Below, one piece after another: positions 27,977 through 38,109 of a stretch of DNA of 54,326 nucleotides (position 1 is its first letter; each line of letters starts with the position of its first letter). Position numbers and translations under genes: made by a program. The DNA is from a virus. Taxonomy: Duplodnaviria; Caudoviricetes. The notes under the pieces were generated by a model. That model did no database searches, had not been told where the DNA came from, and was given only the letters and a program-made list of their open reading frames with translations. The DNA lies in IMG/VR virus record IMGVR_UViG_3300037423_000907, positions 1 through 54,326 of that record. One strand, 5' to 3'.

Positions 27977-28394
27977 TGACCCTCGCATATAGCCACGCGT
28001 CCTTGCCGTTCGGCAGGTAGTTACGCATGGCGGTTGGTGTTTCGAGCTGGAACCCCAGCATTTCAGCCCAGCGCCGGCCAGCGTCGAAACCGACGGTGAC
28101 CGCCATTTCGATGCGGCGGTATGGTGCGCGCTGAAGGAAACAACGGATTGCCCTGGTGATGGCCAGCATGTGAGGTCCGGCGTCTTCGGCCAAAAGCGCC
28201 CAGGCATACGCCCTGCCTGACCAGACCTCGACAACCCCGGCGCAGGCAATTGGCCGACCATCCAGAAGCGCGGTCCACGCATCCCCGAAGGATGCTGACA
28301 TCGCATCAGCCTCGCCGAATTCATCAAGTAGCTGCTGTCTCTGGACGCACATCCGTTTGGCGTGCTCGCGCTCAAACCTGACGATTGAAATCAT
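27906..28394 (-). CDS. GNAT-fold virion assembly protein (T7 gp13-like)
   Basis: GRPIACAGV...AWA...RW.EMLGF motif; downstream of the nozzle gene. Confidence 0.7.
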   Translation of the reverse strand: MISIVRFEREHAKRMCVQRQQLLDEFGEADAMSASFGDAWTALLDGRPIACAGVVEVWSGRAYAWALLAEDAGPHMLAITRAIRCFLQRAPYRRIEMAVTVGFDAGRRWAEMLGFQLETPTAMRNYLPNGKDAWLYARVNDRGSGIHDRQCGDGVRRERLPG

Positions 28395-28633
28395 GGTATC
28401 TGGCGGCGGTTCGATGGCGTGCGCCGGAGAACTGGTTGACCCCCCGCACTGGTGCTCGGCGGCTTGGGGGCCGCAAATGCTGACGATACCGGCGCCTGGC
28501 TCCGAAGGCTTGCCACCAACGCACCGCCGCCGCCAACTCCGCTGATCGCCGCCCCGGCAATGTTCGACACCGAACCGAGGCCGCCCAACAAGACGAAGCC
28601 ATCTCCCCTGTCATCCCCGAGCCTCGGCTTCAT
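28391..28633 (-). CDS. Gly-rich hypothetical protein
   Basis: ATGA-coupled on both sides. Confidence 0.45.
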   Translation of the reverse strand: MKPRLGDDRGDGFVLLGGLGSVSNIAGAAISGVGGGGALVASLRSQAPVSSAFAAPKPPSTSAGGQPVLRRTPSNRRQIP

Positions 28634-30966
28634 CTACCCTCACTCACAACGCTCTGCGGCATGATGGCGACGATGGTCATCGGCATCGGACGGTCCTTCT
28701 TGAAAACGAAGGTCTGGATGGCGTCGTAGCCTTCCGGCCAGTCGATCTCCAGGTCGCCCGTGTAAGGTGGTGAAGCGCTGCCCATTGGAGTGTCTGGGTC
28801 TCGGTAGTCGATCTCAACGAGGTTGTCATCCGATGTGCCGGCCTTCCCGCCGAGGGTGCGATCGACTCGCAGGGTGACGACGTGCGCTCGCTTGGTCTTG
28901 CCCTGTGCTGTCCCGTTGCCAGAGCCCCCATCGACACTCATGGTCTCCAGGAAAGCCTCAGACGGAAGGCCCACTTGAACCTTGGACGCCGGCTCTTGCA
29001 GTTCGATTTGGCCGCCAGTAACCGTCCGGTTTGGGTGCCAAGCCCCATCCGTCAGCACCCATACTTCCTCACCTTCAAGGTAGCCGAGACCTGAGATGGT
29101 CGTCGCCGGAGCGCCGGAATAGGTGGCCAGCATGTCCGAGTACGCCCAGTCCCCTTGCTCGGTGGTTTCGTCGTCGTCACGCTCCAGGTAGCCGATATAG
29201 CGGCGAGTCACCCCGTTGATGGTGTATCGGCAGATAATCCAGATGTCGTCAACGCTGCCGTCCGGTGATGGCATGTTCTCGACACACTCAACCACACCGC
29301 CAGTCAGCGGGCGGCGCCACCAGCCGACGACATCCTGCTCACGGTTAAAGAGGCATCCGGCCATCACGCCATCGCTGCGAACGGTCCAGACATAGGGGAA
29401 TGGCTCCTGCTGGAACGCCATGTCAATGATTCCAGGCTTCGTGATGTGCTCAGCGAAGACCGTGATGTCCGGGGACTCGAACCCATCTTCCTCAAACCTG
29501 AACGCCATCGCGCGCACCTTCCGGCCGGCGCGCTGCACAAACAAGGTGTCGCTGCCAACTCGCACGGGCGTGGCGCGGTTGGAGCCATAGGCGCTCTGCC
29601 GCTTTGCCTTGATGTTGTTGGGTCCGAACGGGTCACTTGTGGTGGCCTCGACAATTGCCCATTCGTCGCCCAGTGTCCCAACAAGCAGCACGTCACCAGG
29701 CGACATCCAGCGAATCGAATTGACGCGTTCGCTGACGATGGTTCGCTCAAACCCCGAATCTGCTGTGACGACCCCGTCGATTTGCGTCGCGAAGTTCGGG
29801 AAGTCAGCGCTGACAGAAAACCACAGCGTTGAGTCCCTCGCAAACACGAGGCGTTCACGGAAGAACGTGACTGCGGTCGGATATCCATCCGTCGCATTCC
29901 ACGCCTGGAACGCCCAACGCGTGGTGGCATTGGCTACCAAGACTGCACCCGTTGGCAACCGCGAAACCACTGTCCCAGCCACATGCGTGCTATCCGTGAA
30001 CGCGGTGATCTTCACCCAGCCATAGCCGGCATCCAGGAATTGCCACTGCACACCTGCATCGCCATCGTAGGCGGCACCCACGCTATGTGTAGGCTTCACG
30101 CTTCCAGTTGTCGCGCCGTTGAGGGCCTGGTAGTTCTTGCCGTCGCTTCGGCGAACATCACCGAGAACGACGACCTTTCCAGCCTCCCACTGCTTTACAT
30201 CTCGAACGTCCTTCTCGCCAAGATAGATGTACTGCCCGACATGCGAGGCCGTAAAGGTTGCGGCACTGGCAACCAGATTGACGGCGCCGGTTGCTGCGCT
30301 GGCGTAAATCGTCGTGGACGTAGAGTTCAGTGTTTTGAATGGCGGGGGTGAGAAATCGACGGCGGACAGCGTCCATCGCGTGGATGAGAACCGAGACAGC
30401 TTGTATGGAGCGACTGCCCCGTGGACGATGTAAACCTCGTCCCCAGTTTGTGCGGCATGCTGCAGCGCGAAAGTCCCGTCTGAGTTGGTGAGCTGAGCCG
30501 CTGTCCACGGGCTCGGGATCTCATAGATGGTGCCGATGAGCGGGTACCAGTAGGTCGCGTTTGGCGGGGCGTTTCCGGTTGTCGCGGCGATGCAGTAGTA
30601 GTTGACGCCAGCCTGCACCACCAAGTCGCCAATGGCGTATGCGGTTGCCCCGTTGTAGGCCGCAACGCCGGATACCTGCACCTGGCCGTGGTTCGTGTAG
30701 AAGCGGATGTACCTGTCGCCGAACTCCAGCATGTAGGAGTCCTCGACGCTGAACTCAAAGCGCAGAAGCCAGGTCCTGTTGGACGAGGCCTTTACCTCTG
30801 CAACGAAGCGGAACCCGGGACATGCTCGCGCAGGCCCCTGAACGGTCGGCCGAAACCCGACCATGCGCTTGCAACCATTGCCGTACTTGGCGACATCGGG
30901 ACGACCAGCCATCAATGGCGAGAGCTCGCCGCCATTGAACGAGGTCATTAGGGGCGAATTTTTCAT
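28630..30966 (-). CDS. Tail nozzle (tail tubular protein B)
   Basis: SFNGGELSP, YP..V.FF.ERL and FVQR.GRKVR motifs. Confidence 0.9.
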   Translation of the reverse strand: MKNSPLMTSFNGGELSPLMAGRPDVAKYGNGCKRMVGFRPTVQGPARACPGFRFVAEVKASSNRTWLLRFEFSVEDSYMLEFGDRYIRFYTNHGQVQVSGVAAYNGATAYAIGDLVVQAGVNYYCIAATTGNAPPNATYWYPLIGTIYEIPSPWTAAQLTNSDGTFALQHAAQTGDEVYIVHGAVAPYKLSRFSSTRWTLSAVDFSPPPFKTLNSTSTTIYASAATGAVNLVASAATFTASHVGQYIYLGEKDVRDVKQWEAGKVVVLGDVRRSDGKNYQALNGATTGSVKPTHSVGAAYDGDAGVQWQFLDAGYGWVKITAFTDSTHVAGTVVSRLPTGAVLVANATTRWAFQAWNATDGYPTAVTFFRERLVFARDSTLWFSVSADFPNFATQIDGVVTADSGFERTIVSERVNSIRWMSPGDVLLVGTLGDEWAIVEATTSDPFGPNNIKAKRQSAYGSNRATPVRVGSDTLFVQRAGRKVRAMAFRFEEDGFESPDITVFAEHITKPGIIDMAFQQEPFPYVWTVRSDGVMAGCLFNREQDVVGWWRRPLTGGVVECVENMPSPDGSVDDIWIICRYTINGVTRRYIGYLERDDDETTEQGDWAYSDMLATYSGAPATTISGLGYLEGEEVWVLTDGAWHPNRTVTGGQIELQEPASKVQVGLPSEAFLETMSVDGGSGNGTAQGKTKRAHVVTLRVDRTLGGKAGTSDDNLVEIDYRDPDTPMGSASPPYTGDLEIDWPEGYDAIQTFVFKKDRPMPMTIVAIMPQSVVSEGR

Positions 30967-31052
30967 GCGTTCGCCTCACGCTTGCAGAAATAGAAGACTG
31001 TCTCGGGACGAACGCCGTATGCAAGACCGAGTTTGGCGAAGACAATCAACGC

Positions 31053-31661
31053 TCAATCCTCCGTCAGGGCCTGAACCCAGGAGGACGCCGGGCGACGTAC
31101 CGGCGGCTGCTCAATCGCGTTTACGCGCTTCGCCTTGCTCACCGCCTCTTTGCGCTCAATCCATGCCTGCTCGCGCTTGCTCAAGGATTGGGTCAGCGCC
31201 TCGCATGTCTCTGCCGCAAGACGGCAGGCAAACGACTCCACGAACAAGGCCGGGTATAGCCCAGGGGTAGTCACGCGGCGGACGTATCGGATCTTCAGAG
31301 GACCTGCATCGTCAGTAAGGACCGCCAACCTGCCGGTGTCAGCATCGGACTCGATCTGGAAGAGAGGGCCGTTCTCAGGGTCGTAGAAGACATAGTCCTC
31401 GCCGACCTCAACCATCTTGAGAAAATCCGATGGGAGCGGGTAGGAGTATTGCCACCCGAAGGCCGGCGGCGTGGCGCTGGCCGGGAGCATCGTCCGCGTG
31501 ATGGCGAAGGTCCATGGCTCCGCAGCGAGCTCGGCATCGCGCTTCACGTCGTACACCGTCCGCATCGTGTTGGCGGGCTTCGTGTTCTCTGTAAGAGAGG
31601 TGATCGTCGCCGCACCAAGCTTGATCAGCGCCTGGTTAACGATCTCGACTTGACTGGCCAC
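31053..31661 (-). CDS. Tail adaptor (tail tubular protein A)
   Basis: S.VEI.N.AL..LG...W.FA...Y.LP.D.L motifs. Confidence 0.88.
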   Translation of the reverse strand: MASQVEIVNQALIKLGAATITSLTENTKPANTMRTVYDVKRDAELAAEPWTFAITRTMLPASATPPAFGWQYSYPLPSDFLKMVEVGEDYVFYDPENGPLFQIESDADTGRLAVLTDDAGPLKIRYVRRVTTPGLYPALFVESFACRLAAETCEALTQSLSKREQAWIERKEAVSKAKRVNAIEQPPVRRPASSWVQALTED

Positions 31662-31745
31662 TGGAATCGCTCCGTCATTGCAAGCCGCCGTACTGTCTGA
31701 CGACGACGGCGCAATGGTTTGTGCAGGCCGCGCCCCCTCGTTCGA

Positions 31746-33794
31746 TCACTCGTATGCACCGATAGTCGGCGTGCTCCCGCTTCGCGGCGCGCCAGTGATG
31801 TCGGTCGTGTAGCTGCCGATTGGCGTGCCCAGCGTCTTCGGGCTGGTGGAAACCGCGAAGTTGCCAGAGCCCTCGTTCACGAACGTTGGCGCCGCTGCTG
31901 TGGAGTTCGCGTTCGTACCGCTGGGAGGCGAGGCTACGGTGTAGGTCGAACCGCTCCAGCGTATCGTGCCGCTGAAGTTCGGGTTGTAGATGTTGTTGTA
32001 GCTCATGGTGGGGGCCGTTCCCAGGCCATCCCACTCCACTGCGTAGACGGTCGTCGTCGCCGACTTCGACTCGATGATGTTGTTGCGAATCGTGGTGGCG
32101 CCAAGAGACGCACCAGCAATCTTCATCGCAGGCAAGGTGCCCGTCGTTTGCCCAACGATCGTGTTGTAGTAGAAGAAGTTGTTTGCTGACGGGATCGTCG
32201 GCAGACCGCACGTGTAGTTGCGATCCTTGTAGTTCGCCGGGTACCCGTTGTCGTACATCAGGTTGTTCACGAAATAGCTGTTTTGCAGCCCAGCCAGGTC
32301 TGTCGCTTGACCAGGCCCCGCAAACGTCCCCATGTTGCGGATGACATTGCGAACCACCGTGAACGAATCGAAGTACTCGGCCGCTCCGTTTGAGCAGTTG
32401 TAGCCGTCGTTGATGCCGAGGCCGTTTTGGCATCCGTCCAGCAAGTTGTCGTGGATGTTCCACCGGTTGTTGCTGCCGTGGATCACCATGCAGTGATTCC
32501 CGCGGTCGCCTCTGGTCATGTAGCTGTAGACGTACCCAATCTCTGCGTCGTCGAAGTCATCCCAATAGAGATTGTGTGCACCAGAGGCATTGGCGCCGTT
32601 GTCCTTGAGTGTTAGGTGCAGCCCTTTGATGTTGCTGCCGAACCCGATGTATGTACCGGCCCCGTTGAGGCCATTCAGCGCTGAGTCTTGAATCGTCCCG
32701 TTGTAGAGGATGATGTTGACTGCCTTGGTGTGGTCTCCGGAGGTTCCACCGCTAACACCATTGCTAATGGTGTTCTGAACCGTGAAATTCCAGGCACTCC
32801 AATTCGGCTGCACCGAGTTGATGCCAATGATCTGCGTGCCGACCGCAGTAGTCGTTCCGGTCTTTGCGCCACCGCTCGTTTGGAAGGCAGTTGCGTTTGC
32901 CATGATCGACGCATGGCTTGTATGGACAACGGAGATGTAGGTGTTGCCGCTGAACGTCCGCTGCTCTTGGACGATTCCACCTTTGAGGCCATCCGCCGTC
33001 TGCGAAATGCTGTCGCCGGTTGCAAAGGTCCCGGTGCCGGCTGTGTACTTGTAGACGACGACGAACTGAGCATCGATCGTCAGGTTGCGGACGATGCCGC
33101 CGCCGCTGGTGGTGCTTGGGCTACCGATCTTGATCGTGGCGTCGCCATCGACCTGAGTGCCGCCGGCAATGGTGTAGCGGATGACCGGGCGAGCACCAGT
33201 GCCGTATGCGCCAAAGATGTAGGGGCACGAACTGCTCGGGCCCGAGCAGAAGATGTGGCCGTCAAATGTTTCGCCGCGCTTGAAGAGAATGAGCGAGCCG
33301 GACGGCGCATTGACGGAATTTGGAGAGCCGCCAGTGGATACCAAGTCGGCCGCGCGCTGGATGGTCTGGCACGGGCTTGCTTTTGCAGTCGCCGCGTTCG
33401 TTGTGCCAGTGCTGTTGCATGTCGCATTGGCGTCACTGCCGGCAGACGTGAAGTAGTAGACGTTGGTGATCTGCCGCCAGTACGTCGTGTTCGCCAACGG
33501 CGCATTGGTGTTGCTCTTCAGCGCGTAGTAGTACGTGCCGGAGCCGTTGTTGACGATATTGCCGGCGTAGTACGGCGTGCCCAGTGAGAACGTGGGCGCC
33601 ACGGTCGGGTCGTCCACCTCCCCGGCGTCTGCATCAGCTCCGTAGGCTGCTGAGACAGCCGGGCCGGTTGGACCATCGACGATGCTTGTGCCGCTTCCGT
33701 AGACGATGTACGGATTGATGATGATGCCGGCTTGAACCGATCCAAGCGCGAGCAGGCACCCAAGCAGTGCCGCCTTCAGGAGCCTGAGCATCAC
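31746..33794 (-). CDS. Beta-helix fibre- or adhesin-like protein with a signal peptide
   Basis: Signal peptide ending VQA; ILFKRGETF beta-helix cap; Asn-ladder repeats; C-terminal DITG.PR...PTIGAYE. Confidence 0.75.
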   Translation of the reverse strand: MMLRLLKAALLGCLLALGSVQAGIIINPYIVYGSGTSIVDGPTGPAVSAAYGADADAGEVDDPTVAPTFSLGTPYYAGNIVNNGSGTYYYALKSNTNAPLANTTYWRQITNVYYFTSAGSDANATCNSTGTTNAATAKASPCQTIQRAADLVSTGGSPNSVNAPSGSLILFKRGETFDGHIFCSGPSSSCPYIFGAYGTGARPVIRYTIAGGTQVDGDATIKIGSPSTTSGGGIVRNLTIDAQFVVVYKYTAGTGTFATGDSISQTADGLKGGIVQEQRTFSGNTYISVVHTSHASIMANATAFQTSGGAKTGTTTAVGTQIIGINSVQPNWSAWNFTVQNTISNGVSGGTSGDHTKAVNIILYNGTIQDSALNGLNGAGTYIGFGSNIKGLHLTLKDNGANASGAHNLYWDDFDDAEIGYVYSYMTRGDRGNHCMVIHGSNNRWNIHDNLLDGCQNGLGINDGYNCSNGAAEYFDSFTVVRNVIRNMGTFAGPGQATDLAGLQNSYFVNNLMYDNGYPANYKDRNYTCGLPTIPSANNFFYYNTIVGQTTGTLPAMKIAGASLGATTIRNNIIESKSATTTVYAVEWDGLGTAPTMSYNNIYNPNFSGTIRWSGSTYTVASPPSGTNANSTAAAPTFVNEGSGNFAVSTSPKTLGTPIGSYTTDITGAPRSGSTPTIGAYE

Positions 33795-34456
33795 GGCTTC
33801 GTCCCGATCAGGGTGACCAAAAGGCCCTTGGCGCCAGTTCCTGCCGAATCGATGTCGAAGGTGAGTTCGGCATCATCGGCAATCGCCGTGTCGCTGATGC
33901 TCGTGGGTGTCGCTGCGGTAGTGCTGGTCTTCTCGTTGGCGTCAATCGACAGCTTCGAGGCGCCAAGAACGCTGGTGCCGCCTTCGTTGATATCGACCGT
34001 CACCAGACCGGAACTGCTGGCCGTGTCAACCATCGAGCGAACCGCCGTGAGCGTGAAAGCAAACGGGGCGCGGAACGAGGCCACATTCGTGCCGGTGCTC
34101 AATGCCGTTGAGCGATCGGAGCAGGCAACCTGGAACACGACCGGCAACGGCAGCAGGGCAACTTGAGCTGCCGCGTTGGCCGCAGACAGCATCGCCAACC
34201 CAGCGGCGGTATTGCCATTCGACGCCAGGTTATCCAGATCCGCATCCCAAGCCTGAACGTTCGTGCCGATGGCCAAGCCGAGGTTGGTTCTTGCCGTCGC
34301 AGCGCTAGCAACGTCAGACAAGTTGTTCGCAGCCAGCATGTCGCCGGCCCCGAACGAAATCGCGGCGCCGTTCTGGTCAACAAGACCAACGGCAGCGCCT
34401 GAACTGTTGACCCGGACACGCAGCGGTGCGAGGGGCTTGAAGGTGTCGTTTGCCAT
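33791..34456 (-). CDS. Fibre adaptor-like structural protein
   Basis: NNLSDV.SAATARTNLGL fibre repeat plus a beta-rich C-terminal domain. Confidence 0.65.
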   Translation of the reverse strand: MANDTFKPLAPLRVRVNSSGAAVGLVDQNGAAISFGAGDMLAANNLSDVASAATARTNLGLAIGTNVQAWDADLDNLASNGNTAAGLAMLSAANAAAQVALLPLPVVFQVACSDRSTALSTGTNVASFRAPFAFTLTAVRSMVDTASSSGLVTVDINEGGTSVLGASKLSIDANEKTSTTAATPTSISDTAIADDAELTFDIDSAGTGAKGLLVTLIGTKP

Positions 34457-34465
34457 GTCAATGCC

Positions 34466-36079
34466 TCACTTCGCGTCGTAGCCAGCGGCGTTGAAGTAGC
34501 AGGCGCCGGTACCGGAGGCGGTCAACGTCACCACCTCCAGCAGCGTCGCTGATGTACCCTTTAGCGGCGTTGCGAAGTTGATGTTCGTGAGCGGCAGCCC
34601 GCCGGTCCCTACCTTCGTGCGCCAAAGGACCGTGCCACCGGCGCCGTCACGAATCGCCACTTCGGTAGCCGTTCCAAGCGCCTCGCACATCAGGTCGATG
34701 CGCGTCACATAGCAGCGGTCCGTGCACGCCGACTTGAACGTTACTGCCGTGGTGGTGTTGCTGATGCCGCTGCCGGCGGCGGCGTATGTCCACGACAGTT
34801 CCGGCACGGCGCCAACGAGCACCACGCGCTTTCCATCCGTGCTGCCCGTGTCATTCACCACCTGACCGTTTGTCACGGCGGTGGGGGTCGATGTCACCGC
34901 GTAGCTGGCGGTGCGAACAGGGGAGGCTGAAGCGGTGGTACCGGAAGCGCTCTGCCCTGCAATGGTGATGGTGTTCGGGATGTTTGCCGCCATCACCGTC
35001 GAACTGAACGGCTTGGACCGCAGATAACCAGCCACCGTGTTGGTGCCGGACGAATAGGTCGTCTGAAAAATGCGGAAGTAGCGTGCCCAGATCGGAAAGT
35101 AGTACTGGCCCGTCGAGTTGCCGGTGGTCTGCGGAACAGTGCTTGAGCCTGTCGCTGCCGGCGTCACACCAGCGCAGGTCGTGAATGTCACGTTGTCGCT
35201 GGAGCACTGGAACGTATTGACCGCGCTTGCGCCAACGCTGGTCATCTGGAGTTCGATGGACTCGTATCCATCCGTTGTCACCGTCACCAGCGCCGTGCTG
35301 CCGCAAGCCGCGGAGCAAGTGCCACTGAATGCCAAGACATCTTCCTTGGCAACCATCGCGCTGCCCTTGGCGTTCAGTTGGCTAGCGCCCTGCTGACCGT
35401 CCGTGAACGTCGGCTTGGTGGCGTTGTAAACACCGCCGATGAGCGTTGACTTCGTGGCCGTTGCTGTAGCCGGGGCGGTTGGCGCTTGCGTAGCGGTCTG
35501 GTTGCCGGCGGTAGCTGGACTTGCCGGCGTCTTCGTGTCGATGGACGCCACGCTGGCCTGGATCGCCTGCTCCGCAGTGATCTGCGTTGCTTGGTTGGCT
35601 GCGCTGGCATCGCCGCCACCGGAACTGCCACCACCTGCCCCAGCGGGAGCGACTGGCGAGGAGTTCAGCGTCACCACTGCGGTCCCCGTCATCGCCGACA
35701 GGCCGGTGATCCGCAACTTCAGCGAGCCAGGCACCAAGGCGGAAACCTGCCACTGCCCGGTCGCACCAGATGAGATAGTGGCGGTCGGCGTCCCGGTGGC
35801 CGTGGCCGGAGTGAATGGCGTTGGTGCCAACGTGCTCCACGTCGTGCCGTCCGTTGTGACTTGCGCAGAAAGAGCGCCGGTGTAGGTGCCCGAGACCTGG
35901 ACGCCAACGGAGCCCTTGTTGGTGACATCAATCTCGACGCAGCTACCCGCAGTGCAGGCGCCAGCCGCGACAAGGTTGCGGGTAGTGATGTTGCCGACGA
36001 CGCGTGTCGATTGCGCAGACACGACCGAAGTCAAGAGCGCCAGCGTCAGCAACGCGGCGTACTGAAGAATCTTTCGCAT
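34466..36079 (-). CDS. Thr/Ala/Gly-rich multi-domain fibre- or spike-like protein with a signal peptide
   Basis: Real start ATG 36079 (MRKILQYAALLTLALLTSVVSA); repeated beta-sandwich-like modules. Confidence 0.7.
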   Translation of the reverse strand: MRKILQYAALLTLALLTSVVSAQSTRVVGNITTRNLVAAGACTAGSCVEIDVTNKGSVGVQVSGTYTGALSAQVTTDGTTWSTLAPTPFTPATATGTPTATISSGATGQWQVSALVPGSLKLRITGLSAMTGTAVVTLNSSPVAPAGAGGGSSGGGDASAANQATQITAEQAIQASVASIDTKTPASPATAGNQTATQAPTAPATATATKSTLIGGVYNATKPTFTDGQQGASQLNAKGSAMVAKEDVLAFSGTCSAACGSTALVTVTTDGYESIELQMTSVGASAVNTFQCSSDNVTFTTCAGVTPAATGSSTVPQTTGNSTGQYYFPIWARYFRIFQTTYSSGTNTVAGYLRSKPFSSTVMAANIPNTITIAGQSASGTTASASPVRTASYAVTSTPTAVTNGQVVNDTGSTDGKRVVLVGAVPELSWTYAAAGSGISNTTTAVTFKSACTDRCYVTRIDLMCEALGTATEVAIRDGAGGTVLWRTKVGTGGLPLTNINFATPLKGTSATLLEVVTLTASGTGACYFNAAGYDAK

Positions 36080-36090
36080 TGAGGTGCCTT

Positions 36091-36369
36091 TCAGCGACGG
36101 ACCTTGTCCGCTCGCGCATACAGCGCCGGGCTGCCGCCACCGGTGACAGCGGCGCGGATCTTTGCTGGGGGGCAAGTGAACTCAACAGCCCCCGCAGAGT
36201 TCAGAGACGGCACGCCAGGAGCCGGCACGTAGTTCGTGCCATCTGGCCCGAGCATCTCTAACGAACAAGATGCACCGTCAAACGTTCCATTCACAGCGAA
36301 CACGCCGCGGCCACCATCCCAGGTTGTCGCGGACCCCGTTGCCGATGAATTGCTCAGAAGGGATGGCAT
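36091..36369 (-). CDS. Small beta-rich structural protein
   Basis: GTFDGA.CSLE..GPDGT.Y motif resembles a module of the 537-aa protein; head region. Confidence 0.65.
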   Translation of the reverse strand: MPSLLSNSSATGSATTWDGGRGVFAVNGTFDGASCSLEMLGPDGTNYVPAPGVPSLNSAGAVEFTCPPAKIRAAVTGGGSPALYARADKVRR

Positions 36370-36379
36370 GTGCTACCCC

Positions 36380-36574
36380 TTAAGCCGGCGGCCAGGTGTC
36401 TTCAATGATTCGCTGGCGGATCACTTCCAGCGCGACCACTGCGGCCTGCTTGCCATTCGCCGTCGCGTCGTAGGTGATTCGCACCTCGACATCCTTTGCG
36501 GCCGTGGAAGTGCCGCCCTCCAGAACCTGGGTCTTGTCCTGCCCGAACTCCACACCGTAGTAACGGTCAGTCAT
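36380..36574 (-). CDS. Small head-region protein
   Basis: AGGAG RBS; synteny. Confidence 0.65.
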   Translation of the reverse strand: MTDRYYGVEFGQDKTQVLEGGTSTAAKDVEVRITYDATANGKQAAVVALEVIRQRIIEDTWPPA

Positions 36575-36586
36575 TTCCTGCTCCTA

Positions 36587-36612
36587 CGAAAGCAGGGGCG
36601 CGCGGCCCCTGC
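36587..36612 (-). terminator. Hairpin or weak terminator after the decoration gene
   Basis: GCAGGGGC/GCCCCTGC stem followed by TTT. Confidence 0.45.
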
Positions 36613-36631
36613 GTTTCAGTTGCCGCGCCGA

Positions 36632-37192
36632 TCAGCGGATGACGTAGACCTGGACCAGAGCGGTCGCGGTGCCATCGCACGCGCCCGTCAGGGTCAGAAC
36701 CACGTCGTACTCCTTGTGCGGGTCAGAGGTCAGCCCCAGGCATTCCCAGACACGCTTCTCGGCATTGGTGATGAGCCCGCCGGCCGCACCGGCTTCGAAA
36801 GTCTGGTTCGACGCGTTCACACCAGTGCCGGTGGTGACGATGGCGCCATCCTTCAGCGACAGGGACGAGCAGAAGAAGTCCTGATCGATCACGGCGCCGC
36901 TGTTGACCGACGAGATGTCGTACAGACCCACATCGACCACGGTTGTGGTGCCGGCGTCCGCGGTCGTGACGATGCGCAGCATGTCGTAGTAGTCGGACGA
37001 GCGGATCTTGCCGGCCCGGTACGTGGACGCGCCGGCCGCCAGGGTCGCCGCCTCGGTGTTGCCGCTGGTCAGCGTCACCAGCCCGTTGACGGCGCGAGTG
37101 ACGCGACCGCCCTCGATGCCGATCGGGTTCTGCACCGGCGGAGTCGCCGTGGAGTTCGTGACCGCCGTGCTCTTGATCGCAACTTGTGCCAT
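36632..37192 (-). CDS. Capsid decoration or cement protein
   Basis: Beta-rich; directly after the capsid gene; AAGGAG RBS. Confidence 0.65.
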   Translation of the reverse strand: MAQVAIKSTAVTNSTATPPVQNPIGIEGGRVTRAVNGLVTLTSGNTEAATLAAGASTYRAGKIRSSDYYDMLRIVTTADAGTTTVVDVGLYDISSVNSGAVIDQDFFCSSLSLKDGAIVTTGTGVNASNQTFEAGAAGGLITNAEKRVWECLGLTSDPHKEYDVVLTLTGACDGTATALVQVYVIR

Positions 37193-37221
37193 TTGAATGC
37201 TCCTTGTTCAGTGAGTTGCGA

Positions 37222-38109
37222 TCAGGCTTCCGAGCACTTGATCTCGTACACGCGCTTGTTGTCGCGTCGCACGGCGCCGAAGTGCCCTTGGCCGTAGACC
37301 TGCCACGGATGGCCGCGCAGATCCTTGCGCTGGCTGATGTCGGTCTGGATGCCGCCGTTCCAGGTGCAGAAGCTCATGCCTCGCTGGAAGAAGAACGGCA
37401 CGCGGCGGTAGCTGGAGGCGTCCGTGCCGAGGCGGTTGCTGACGATGAAGTTGATCGTCAGGAACTTGTTGACCGAGTTCGTGGCCATGACCTGGCCCTT
37501 GAAGAAGTCACCCGAGGTGACCTCGATCTCGTTCATCAGGTTCTTCTTCTGCTTCGGCGAGATCACGCAGTAGGCCTGCTCGACCTCGGTGTCGATCTCG
37601 TTGACCTGGGCCAGCTCGAACGCCTTCTGCAGCTTCTCGACGTTGAGGCCGGAGGCAGTGCCGCCTTCGTTGACGCTGACTTGGTTGGCTGCCGGGAAGG
37701 ACTCGCTGGTCGAGCCGTTCTCGCCCACATTGCGGTCAGCGAAGAAGGCGCGGACGGACTCATCGTCCATCTTGCGGTTCAGCGCGGCAACCACGCCCAT
37801 CACGTACTCGGACTGCGGATTCGCTTCCATCTGCATCTGTTCGATGCTGTCGAAAGGGATCGCCTTGTCGAAGTGGCGCGGGTACACCCAGGGGCGGGTG
37901 TGGGTCGGCTCGCCGAACACCACCGGGTCATAGATGCCGGTGCGCTCGTCGGCCTCGAAGGCGTCGATGAAGTTGACGACCGTGGCGCTCTTGCCGACGG
38001 CAGTCATGGTGGAGAAGACGCTCGCGATGCGCGGCGTCAGTTGTTGAGCCAGCAGTTCGACTGCGGTCGCATACTGCTGGCTGTAGAAGGCATTGGAACC
38101 GGCGGCCAT
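37222..38109 (-). CDS. Major capsid protein
   Basis: QY...VELL.QQ start, A.NRK.D and GA.R C-terminal motifs; follows the scaffold gene. Confidence 0.88.
   Translation of the reverse strand: MAAGSNAFYSQQYATAVELLAQQLTPRIASVFSTMTAVGKSATVVNFIDAFEADERTGIYDPVVFGEPTHTRPWVYPRHFDKAIPFDSIEQMQMEANPQSEYVMGVVAALNRKMDDESVRAFFADRNVGENGSTSESFPAANQVSVNEGGTASGLNVEKLQKAFELAQVNEIDTEVEQAYCVISPKQKKNLMNEIEVTSGDFFKGQVMATNSVNKFLTINFIVSNRLGTDASSYRRVPFFFQRGMSFCTWNGGIQTDISQRKDLRGHPWQVYGQGHFGAVRRDNKRVYEIKCSEA

Noticed and set aside
36080-36175. N-terminal 32-aa extension of the 569-aa ORF
   Set aside because: Overlaps the upstream gene; ATG 36079 has an RBS and gives a clean signal peptide
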